From Laetmonice hystrix (lineage: Eukaryota), in NCBI GenBank assembly GCA_965235115.1, contig OZ249445.1, positions 10,354,001 through 10,418,000 on the forward strand: a stretch of DNA of 64,000 nucleotides, given 5' to 3'. Shown here in pieces: positions 39,101-51,100 of this stretch. The number at the start of each line of letters is the position of its first letter. Within the stretch, counting starts at the first letter, position 1. The translations under genes and the position numbers were made by a program. Below the pieces are notes generated by a model. The model worked only from the letters and a program-made list of their open reading frames with translations, did not search any database and had not been told where the DNA came from.

Positions 39101-42100
39101 GGAGCAACAGTTGCCCCGGTGGCGGGGTTTCGGTCCCCGTCCTGCCGAGGGTCTAATTTAACCCACCTCACTCAACAGATCCATTATGGTACGCCCATAC
39201 AAATCATCAACAGTAGGCGAAATATGGCGGAACGTATCAAGTCTCAGCACTGCTACGAGATAATACTCTACGGCCGCTGTGGGCTAAAACTGCTGTTGTA
39301 TTTCAACTAGCTTTTTTCAAACTTTTTTTCAGTTGATTCAATATCCATGTCAGAACTTGACTGTCCGGCTCCTGAGGCCTAGAGAGTCATGAAAGGAAGT
39401 TTAGTTCTTGGGGAAGTCCAAGCAAGGTCCTTACACACTTCGTGGACTCGAAATACAAGACCCTGCATGAAGAGGTAATCCACTCACTGCCAACCTACAC
39501 CACAGCTCGATCGCACAACATGTGGGCTTTCGAGAATCCAACGGACATATATAACTTGGAGACAGGCCAAAATACACCTTCCATACAGCACGACACGATG
39601 CTATCGGTACAGGGGCACAGGTTCTAAAACATCTCCTCCCAGTGTGAAGAGAGGGAGAGAGAGCAAACACGATCAATTACTATCATCGAGTTCAAGAAGA
39701 TAACATCGAATACATTGGCCGCATGTGCTCCAGATAGCGCTTATTATGGTTATACACTTACATCGTCAGTTTATAAACATTTTCCTCAACGTCCCTTCGG
39801 TCAAATTCCATGGTCTCTGGGTCAAAGATGTGAAAAAAGTTACACAAGAACAATCGGGTGGAAAAAACTTTATTTTGGAAGACTATGTTGTACAATAATA
39901 CATTTTCAATGGTTGACACTACAATGTGGCGCTCATTAAAAAAAAACGTTGGTGCTCAAGACTGCCTCAGTCCATCCTGCTGCCCACATGGACCAGGAAA
40001 ATGACGATAATCCTGCCCAAAATACATTTTATCTCCAGTTCAGCAATTCTACACGAAAAAACACTGAGCTCCGGAGAGACAGACTGGAACTTATACGTGC
40101 GCCTTCAGACATGGTGAGGTATGAGATTTCAGGTGACGTTATAAGGAATGTGCAAATAATTCATGAAAAAAATGTATATGATATGAACATATATGACAAG
40201 TATTCTGCAAGAATAAGTTTCCATTCTCGCTCTCCGAGAATCCTGTCCAGTATTTCTTCTTTTGTTAAATTATTGTTCAGAGGAAGGAATTTAAAACATA
40301 AATTTGGTAAATTTTCTATCCATCTTGGGTTAGAAACTAGTAAAAACCCGAGAGTCCGAAGATGGGCAAACATAGGATGGGCATCTGAGCGACCAACAGT
40401 GTGCACCGACAGGGCCATGGGCCTACAGATCAAGACCGGGCAGGATAACAAGACAGATACTACATTCGTGCATTAATGGCATGGAGAATCCAAAGATCAT
40501 GTTCTGCATTCTGGTTGTCCCATTGATCATAGAATAAAGATGATATTGAGACAATGATATCAACAATGTCTTGTACTGTTTGAAAGATGTGCCAGGGATA
40601 CTTCAAACATAGAGAATATCTGTTATAGCATAAGGACACTGACGCCTACTATACTCGATATTTAGGTAATAGTCATAACTATATATCCTCGTCCATTGAC
40701 ATATAATTCTCATCATCACACCATCCGATGCCTTAACTTTATTTTAAGATTAATAAATGTATATGTTAAAATAATTAGGTTTATTTCATCGATTACACAA
40801 AAACAAATGAGATCAATTTGAAATTGTGAACCCATTGGGTTGCACGACCTATATAGGACAGGGGATAGTTTGGCTAACACTAAGATGTTCTACTATGACA
40901 AGGCCCACATCCGTCTAAGGACTGCGACCATGAGAAGAAGATTCCTCATGCGACTCTCAAAAAATAGTCCCTCTTCTAGTATTTTGCTGAACTCTTCCGT
41001 AATGTAACCTTTATGCGTTTCCACAACTTCAAAAGCGAGTATTGCCTATACTGTCGGCCTAAATCCAGGTCAGTAGAGAACACGAGAAATCTAGTCTATC
41101 GGTAGCCAGGGGTCTATATCAAAATGTAAGATCAGTTTACATTCTAGATGTTACTCTAAGGTACATATAATTATGTCGTTTGAAATAAAGAATATGCTAC
41201 ACCGTGACAACGAAAATATAAATGAACATTATACGCATGAGAAAGGAAAATGAACGATGGCGACCGATTCAAATGGGGATGTTTTTTTTAAAGACCTGTA
41301 ACAACTGTGCCCATCACACGGTCCAATAGTATACACTGAGCGAAGTAGTAAGACAGGACTATATAATGAGGGCATTTACAGTTCTTATATACCAATGGTC
41401 GATAAATCAATGCACTGTTCCGAAAGTACTGAAATCAGGAAACTAAGATGATATAGCAACAAACAGTTAGAGCCACACTGAGAAAATCTAAACATGCCCA
41501 GACCTTCAATACGGTTTTGGAATTAGAGAAATAATCCAAGGAAGAAAAAACAATGCGTGCAGAACGTGGTGGCAAAAAAAAAATGAACAAAATATTTCAT
41601 TTGGATAGTTCTGAGCTGCCTCCCCAAATCGGCGGCATCATAATGGAGGATGAAGATGTATGAAAAGAACGCAGTCAGTCCAAAGTATGTACGGAAAAAG
41701 GTAACTATTTACACAGTAGATACAAGGCTGTTGATAAATTAAGAAACATATGTACAAATAACTTAATATCCACCTGTCAACATGAGATTGATGTCCTCAA
41801 ATATTTATCATTATACGTTTTGAAAATATTTTCGGTGGGATGAGAAAAGCAAGGCGTTGGCACATCGCTGCGTGTTTTAGGTCTGAAATATGTCGCCGTC
41901 AGAGTTGTGATAAAAGATCAAGACAACACAGACGTCTCCTTTTTACCTTGAGCGTACCTAGCTGTTTCGTTTTTTCCCAATCTTTCAATTTGGGACTGTG
42001 AAAACATGGGTGTCCCGACTTCCAATGTTTCTGTCCTAAGCTACTAGTAGAATACCTCGTGGATACTTCAGAAGAGTAGAAAACAGACAGTGGCAAGGCG

Positions 42101-45100
42101 TGTTGCCCGAGGGCAATGTCAACAAGACCCAGAAAATCAGGAATCTCTATCCGACAGCCTCAGTGCCATATCTAACAGAGTCTAGAGCATGACCCAGGCA
42201 TACATCCTGGCCATAATAGTCGAGCAGCTATCTAAATATCTTTAAATATGGTCACTTGTCAACGTCCTATATGATGCATTTAGGCAAATTTCAATGTGAC
42301 GGGTCTCTCATCACGAAGGCGTATAAAGGTAGTCAAAATTGTGCTGCCAATCTAAGCCTACACTACTTAAATGTATCTTAATTATCTTTTTTTCCCCATT
42401 TAAGAAAACACTAGTTAGGCCTGAACGACCAGAACATATTTCACAACTGATAACAAATCACTGCCTTAGTCTGCAGGTCAATGTCTCATACAACGTCAGA
42501 GCTGTGTGTTGAAATCAAATGTGTCTCGTTTTCCCTCGTTCAGATTTCCATTTCGAGATCGCATGCGGATTGTAAAAAACTGGTAAACCTCTTGGGTAAA
42601 TTCTACCTTCTTATCAGTGCTTCTCTTGTTGTATATAACAAATGAGATGCACCAAAATGTATGGGACGCCGACATGACATTATGTGTAGATACGTATGAT
42701 AAGCCAACCCTTCTAGAGTATAGCAGCCGGAACTGCACAGTTTTACACGGAACATCTGGACATACAAGGACGCTAGGAATGAACAATTCGAGAGTCGACT
42801 GGAACTTCTATCCGAGTCTGAGCCTAGCTAAAATAGGGGGTATGCGTCGTTCCTATGATTATACCCAAAATGGGGGAAATCAGCTCAATGGTGAGCATTC
42901 AGCTATCGCATAAAATACACCAAGGGCATATATGCAGCTGTATCCTTCCAAATATTTCCATTAGGGTAGTCCAGCAGCATACCATCCCGTCCAACTCAAA
43001 CCCAGGCATACAGAGACATGGGGACGACCACCAGCCTTTACAACCACAGTCAGACTCCATCTTTCCCCAGTGCCTCCGTTCCTTCGCTCAATTCAAAGCA
43101 GATACTCCACCATCGGTCGCCTTGGCTTGGGTGCCTGGCAATGGACCACAATGGTTTTCTCGGCCAGAGGCCGCCTGACAGCAACAGTGGGCATCCACTT
43201 GTGGTGGATCCTCGTCGCCTTTCGGTCAGGGAGGCCAAAATGACAAGAACTCTTGCCGTGGCAGCAGCAACAACAGCTTCTCAGGGAGCACCCCACGGTA
43301 ATCGTCACGTCTTCTTGTTATTGTTCTTGTTGATGAGAGACGCATGATAGTTCTCAAACACTTCCGGGGTGTGGCACGGACAAGGACACCTCTGTGATGA
43401 CGTGTCCGACGAGTCGGACATTGGCCAGTTAAAGGGAGAGTCGTAGTCCATGTATTCTGGAACGGAAACCAGGAACGCAATGTTTAGTTAAGAAAACGAT
43501 TGTGAAGGGAGAACATAATATTCTGCATTGAAAAACTGTTTAATCTTTAACTATAGGCGATACAAAAGATCTTTACGTAAAATATATGCACCGTAGCAGA
43601 TGTGTTTTATTTTGCATACTTTGGAAATTCTTAAGTGCACCTTAGTCGAGTTGGCTGTAGAATCGATTAATCGTTACATGTAACAGAATTATTCAACACA
43701 ACTTGGTAGTTCGTCACAAGGAAAACGACGACAGGAAGAACATCGAGAAGGGTAAGAAAGGTGAACATTGAGAGTTGGTACTTGATCCCAGTGATTGACA
43801 ACAATAGTAGAAAACAACACCTAAAGGAGACGGTCAGCAGAAAGTCAGATTACAAGTATAGGGAGGTGGAAATGTATATTAGCAAATGCACTCAAATTAC
43901 GTCATCTTTCTTGTGCCAATTTCGTCACGTAGTTTCTTATTCGGAGGCGATCATAAAGAGAACTTATTTTTAAATCTCTCTACGTTACGAACACTTGGAT
44001 CTCAACTTGGAAGGGAAGAACTGCGTGTGCATTTGCAAATATGACACTATATGTGTTACGTGTATATATATAATGTATATATTATATATATGACACACAC
44101 CCCACGCAAACCCGCACTCGGGTACATCGGGTACACTCTATAAGGTCAGATGTCAGGACCTAACGTGTTCGTGCTGGGACCTCGGTATATAGTATATCAC
44201 AGCTTTGGTCTATCACACGTGCGTGGTCGGAGAACCCCCACTTCTAGCCCTTTCACGATCAGTGGCGAGGAGCAGGACGTGGGTCGGTCAGGTGGACACA
44301 GCGGAGGGATGTCTTCATGGAAGTCACCGAGGTTATGAAAGGGCTACAAGTCCCGACATAGCGTCGTTATGGTAACAAACGGACGATTGGTGGAGCGATA
44401 TCCCCGAGGAACTCCCTCGGGTAGACTAGAGTTAGGCACAAGTCCTTCTGTTTACTTTCAACTGAAGGACTATGGAATTTTCTTTCTCTTAATAAGGCCG
44501 AATACAGGTTTTGTCTTTACAATTAGTATCTCTTGGCTTTGAACATAATATATACGATCATTATCAGATATATTGCAATCAAAGCTTCTTCACACATGGT
44601 CCACTAGTCCTCCGTTTGCACCAAAGGAATGTTATGAAAAGGCACGAAAATGGCAAGCGCAACTTGAAGTGTTGGAAGTGTTATGGGATGTACCAAATGC
44701 TGGACACATCGAGAAAGAGAGGTTAGTTAGAAACAGGTGAACGATCTAATACACTTATAAAAGCTGATGAAAAACACGTATCAAAGATAACGGGAACGTT
44801 CAAGAGAAATGAGTAGTAGCAATTTTATCAACCTACCTACTAGTATTTCATAACGGTTGTTAGGCTACTGCATTCCGTGGTTGACATTTGTGTGGTATGG
44901 GCAATATGCAGCAAAATCACCGCATCAAATTATAAAAAGGTAAAAATCAACCCGAAGTCATGCTGGAAGCCAAGCGTTTAGTCGACACAGTCTCGTAGCT
45001 GTTACATATTTGCTTGCTTGACGCATATCGGAATGTTGAAGGCATTGTTTTTGTAAATGTGTAAAGGCGGACTCGGCATCCATTGCTGGGTAAAACTTGA

Positions 45101-48100
45101 TTTAGCCATCATGCCGGGTCAGATCCTGAGAAAAGGTACATGATTTTAGTGAATGCAAAGACCGCTTCTTCGGTGTGTTCCCTCATCGTTGAAGAGAGCT
45201 GGAAGAAAAGGTCATGAAATAGGCCCTCATACTGTAACAAATTCTACCGAGACAGTCAGCCCCAATAAAGTCATGCACATTCCATCGCCGGCATGATCAA
45301 CCTGGATTCTCTGTGGAATCAAAACCTGTGTTACAGTGGGCGCAATCGTCATTAAAAAAAACCGCCATACGAACAGAAAACTACTGTGAACTGTACGAGA
45401 ATGCACCTGACGGGTATATATGCAGTGGGCAATGCTGACACTATAAGTCAGCCACACTAACCACCTCACTACAGGTCATCACGCATGCCAACGGCTCGCA
45501 TTACAACTGACAGGGAAACCATGTCAGAGTCGTAGACGGTAAAAATACCTGATACCTGTTAAAATCACAGAACGGCCGACTACAGAAAAATTAACGGACT
45601 AACGGGGAATACATGACTGTCACATGCACTGCTATCCATCACTCGACGGCACTTACTCAACAGTACAAGACAAGCAATGGTACAATCCATGTCATGCTCT
45701 ATGTAACTCATCAACGTTATTATGAATGCATAATCAAAAGGGTACCAGAAGTTAGTAAGCATATTCACCACAAGGCTGATACTGTTTTCTGTTTTTCTTT
45801 CATGACGGTATCTCCAGAACATTGATGCTGAGCGTGGTTACTTGCTGAACCACAAACACACTTGGTTTACTGCCAGTTATCGGCGTTAACGTCCTGCCAT
45901 ATTCATGATTACTTCAAATACCAGCGAGCTTCTAAGTAACCATGAACCTAAGCTCACTCCCTACAACGCCACTTCAAGTAAAGACAAACAAATTCATTTG
46001 CGGAATTCAAAAATAAAAGTTCTGTACTCCACAAACAATTTTCCTACCGTTGCTTTCTGGCGAGAGGAGGGAAAATGCCTTCATGGTATCCAAAATTCCC
46101 TGCCTGCAATTTTGGACTAACCCGAATCCCAAGGCTTTCCTTCAAGGTTCTATCCTACTAAAACCAAATGGGGGAAAATCCTGGCCACGGCACATTCAAG
46201 CTGGCCAACGGCTTGCTTTGGTATGAAATTGGCATAGATGTCCTACGTACCTGACGAAGGACTGGAGCTCCGAGAGTTACTCCGGACGTTTAGGACATTA
46301 TCACTGTTTGGGGCCTGGGCGGTCCTCATACAACAAGCATGCCCGTGGGACCCACCAGCAAACTTGGACTGACGCGGGAGGTCGGCAGCACACTTAAGCA
46401 AGCTGTACACGGGGTCAATCTCCTCCGCTAGAGTCACAACGAACAAGAAAAAAAGAGAAAACAGAATTCAAACCTTGGTGGCAGATTACATCTTAGCTGG
46501 TTAGTAAGACAAATGATGGGAAGGGGAAATCCCTGGAATCTGGAGGCGGTGCAATAATAAATTGGGTGGTGGAGGTCACTACGGAAGCTGGGTCCGGGGG
46601 GGGGGGGGGGGGCAGAGCACAGAGAAGACCACAGTACCTTGATTTGTTGCCCCACAAAGGCTTACAGAATGGAAAATCACTGTGAATGGTTTCTATCTTC
46701 CTCACCCACAGTGATAGGTCCAAGTTCCTGAATGTTCTAGTACAACCATTTTAATTGTAAACTGACCTATGCAACAGATTGCTCTTCATTAAGGGCAATT
46801 TCTAAAAACATAATTGCAGAAATGAAAACAACCTACTTTCAAAGATCATACTTCAATACTGGTCACACTACTTTGGAAAATTTGTCAAGCACTACACAAT
46901 CAATGGGCAAAACTTCAATGCACAGGTCAGATCTTCCCTCTTCTCTGCATGGAATTTTCGGATCCCAACGGTGGCCAGATGTGACGTAGACACTCTGACT
47001 TCTACACGATTCGTCAACATACCAACGGAGCACGGGGTAATGCAGATGCAGGAATTCACTGAAAATGTTGGGACGGTGGAATAGAAATGGGAGGGCAATG
47101 CATGTTGGTTGTCGGGGAGGTACAGGTGTTATGTTTTAGTGCGTGTCTGGTGATAAGCCCTGGTGATCCTGGTCACTCGGTATGAAATATGGAGTGCAGT
47201 CACCTTCACCAACACGTACAGTTCTCAGGAGCGATAAGCGTAAAGCTCTAATGGTAGGCTCTCTCTTGGTCCTTTCGGAATGGATCTTCAGAGAAAACCT
47301 CGGACGCTCCCATTTCCATGTCATGGCCCATGTCGTTTTCGGAGCCTGACCAGGACCGTCCTGTCGGACGCCGCATGGACATGGCGTCTCTGAGAGTGGT
47401 GAACACGGGGTCCATGTCACCCACTTCTGGAGGGGAAACACAAGCTCAGCTCATTCATCAGCTCCGCCTCTATGTACAGTAGTACACCAGCCGCCTGCGC
47501 TACCTACCGCCCTATACTCAACTTTGAACGGGAGGAGGGGGTGGGGGCAGACTTGGGCAAGCACGCATTGGCCTTTCTCCTATGTGACAGTGTAACAGGC
47601 CTACTAAAAATTCCAATCTCTTTCCCTTCATCCGGCGCTTACCGATTCACCAAGGGATACTCGCGTGTTTAATGAGGTTAATAGATCAAGCTGGTCTCAT
47701 ATCAACTGACCAGACTGTCTGATTTTAGACAATGAGCGACTTGAATGAAGGCGCCCTGCATGGACGTATACTGTTTGTCTTCTTCCAAAATCATACGTTT
47801 AAAGATTAAGTTCCCACTGCGAACTATGTTCTTCACACTATTATTAATTATTTGTGTCAAGTTATTGAATATACCCTTCATGTCATCAGGAATACCTCTT
47901 ACCGACTTCCATATGGCACGATACTGAGTCACTCTTCCTGTAAATAAGGCGTCAACAACTGGTGTCACACATATAAACTTGCGTGTGTACACGTCTATAG
48001 GCCCATATACCGCATAATCATAATAACAGAACTTAAAATCCCATTTCTTACGATACGAAACACAACTATTAGCAAACATGTTTCCCTGAATCCCTTTGCA

Positions 48101-51100
48101 AGTTGTAATGTAAATTCCCGTTGTTATCAATGAGGCCCTCTACCATCCTGGTTCACATAGACATGATACAAGCTGTTATTATTTGGTTGGTCTACAATCA
48201 GCGATTGGTAAAAGTGGCTTGAGATAAAAAAAATAAATAAATAAAAAAAGGTGGGGCCATTAACCATACGAACTGATTGCTATAAAAACCACCTGGACCC
48301 TTTTCACGACAAGTATTGCACGATCAGTAATTTTGGAAAATAAGCCTCTACAGGATAATCAGCGAGAAGCGCCTAAAACTAAAGGCATGAACTGTAATTA
48401 ATAATAGTAATAACAACATTATGATGACGGCACAGAAGCTCTACTGGTAGCTTTAAATGATACCTAAAGTATATATCAGGTATTGTCAGTTTACACCAAG
48501 ACCTGTTAGGTTACCATGGAAACTACATTGCTAACGCTGACCAGGCGACTGACCACAGGATAGGCAGACGGGCAGACGCGGGACACATCTTTAGTTCAAA
48601 TTATCTGATAGCAAATAGCAAATAATATGTAGAACGACACACTTATGGCAAACAACGTCAAGAAAATACATTTGATCAAGACGATTAAAATATCAAAATA
48701 CATGTAATCAAACAACGAAGACACAAACAGCAATGTAGATTTTTACACGCAGCACAACGGTTTGAGGTTAGTCAAAAATAAAGCCAACGTCAGTGACGTC
48801 ACACTATGGCAGTGATGTGTTCTGTGAGCCAACTAAAATCTCATTTTTAATTTACACACTCAGTGCTGCTGGAAGAACGTGTGCAGGTTTGACTGCAGCT
48901 GTGCGTAAAACTGTTTTTGTAATACTGGCACTACATTCACTTTAAATACCCGAACTAACACTTCAGGGAATGTATTTAGCAAGAGGCTCTTAACTAACTT
49001 CGTGCATCCAGTTTGTTAACTAAAACATTTAGACAAACTTTCTTTCTTCAGCGCTACCGTAGTTTAATGGATTATATCAGGATAATGTTAGTTTTCAAAG
49101 TTCTTCACTCTAATATAAAGGTTGCCATATTTTCGATCGTAATTTCTGCCCCAATTCAGCAATTTTTGACGTCCCAGTTCTAAAGCTTCCGCATCGCACG
49201 AAATGGTCATCTACAAGGCTGACTCACTGTCACTGCCTGAGAGAGCAAGGTGTGTGAGCTCCCATGGAAAAATACAATTTGAGATAGAGAGCGAACTACA
49301 GAGAACAGTTAGGATCTACGGTAGTCATCGAGGCTTGGTAACAGTGATCACTATATCATTATACTTGATGATGTGACACATGTGACACTCACCGCCACTA
49401 CTACCACTCCCACCTCCACTAGCCCCTGGTAAACAGAAAAATTCTCACATCAATCTCCTTGAGATCTTTAGAACACTACCAGACAAATTCTTCATTCAAG
49501 CCTAAAAGTTTAGCTTTAGTGATGCTCTAATGTATCTGCATATTTCTTTGGACATTATGTACGAAGATCAAAAATGATAAAAACAAAAACAAAAGAAGAA
49601 AACAATATATTTGTTTGCAATGCTGTCTAATTTGATTTTGAGGACAGCGATGACCTTTTTTAGATTTAATAATGTATCACTATCTGGACGATAGATGTCC
49701 TTCGCTTGGTTAGAAATCTTAAATTTTCCTAGTATGTCAATCAAAATTATTCATACAAAATCATGGAACTAATCATGTTGGGAAATTGTTTCGTACTGAT
49801 TTGAATCAGTTCCAAGTTTCACTCACCTTCAATTGCCGGCTCTCCATCTGAGGGTGTTTCTTTGGAGTCCTTTCTCTTCAGGACTCGTTTCAACGAGGAC
49901 TGTCGCGAGTACTAGATAAAAAAATAAAGATAGCAAATAAATAAATCAAACGCCCTTTTAAAATCTCACTATCTCAATCCATGACGTTATTGCAGAAATA
50001 CTTGAGTACGCCTGAAATATAACAGATTGAATGAATACTTGAACGACAAAATCTAGAGAAGGTATTCCAGGAAGCAGAAAAATGCGCAGTTAGAAGGTCG
50101 GTAGAATCAATCATAGAACGTGTAACAGTTCTATGAATCAATACACAACTCCCAGGTTCTTTTTTTATGGTGTCAAAGCCACTTTCAGGAATGACTTCTT
50201 TTAACGCAATTTCGTTTAGCACACATATTCTTACTGTACACGAACAAATCAATCCCACCTTTCCAATACAATACCTGAGAGATTCAGGATTTTTTTTTTT
50301 TTTTGGGGGGGTGGGAGACGAAATATAACTTTATATTATAAGTGTCCTAACAAATATAATCTCGTGGAACTAGCAGAAAGACCTTCCTATCTAACCTGAA
50401 CAATCACAAAATATGTGCACCGCATGTTAGCTCCTATATATGATCCCAATATATACCACATACTAACAGTAAATGGGCTATCGGATAAATCTAAAGATAT
50501 TTCGTACAACACACGTTCTTTGCTAAATGTTAAATAAACAACGGTACAACTAATCAGTGATACAATAAGGTGAGTCCATTTGTGAAAATATATGAGCACA
50601 AGGTTTCTGCTTGACAATCAAATGTTTTTTTGTTTTTTTCACAATCGATCAGACAACATTATAAGTTTGTCAGGCCAGTATACAGCTTGACTTTGTATAG
50701 TCTTCAAGTACTGAATTTTAAAAATGGTGAAATGGGGAAAAGGTTCCTACCATGTTCCTAATAGTTAAATATAAGTAGTGATATGTAATATCCGAGATAT
50801 TATCGATATCATAATATGCTATGATAAAACCGGAACAAAACTACGAAATACACTATGAGTCAAATCCGTAAAACGTCGAAAATCAAGTTATGAATTGTAT
50901 GAAGGAAGGCATGCACCCTCAACAGTAGCAGATCAATTGAGCAGATGTATAGGATGAAGAGGTCTTAACTGATGAAATGTCGCATTAGTATTAAACCTTG
51001 GGCCTTGACTGGGGTGTTTCATTACGAAGTATAAAGCTAATTATTAAAAGCAAAATTGACGATTAATTAGATGCACATTGTCAAAGAAGGATACTGAGTA

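Noticed and set aside
44160-44350. Coding-like minus-strand stretch (PFHNLGDFHEDIPPLCPPDRP...)
   Set aside because: The only open frame is phase 0 from a weak acceptor, incompatible with the phase-1 block.
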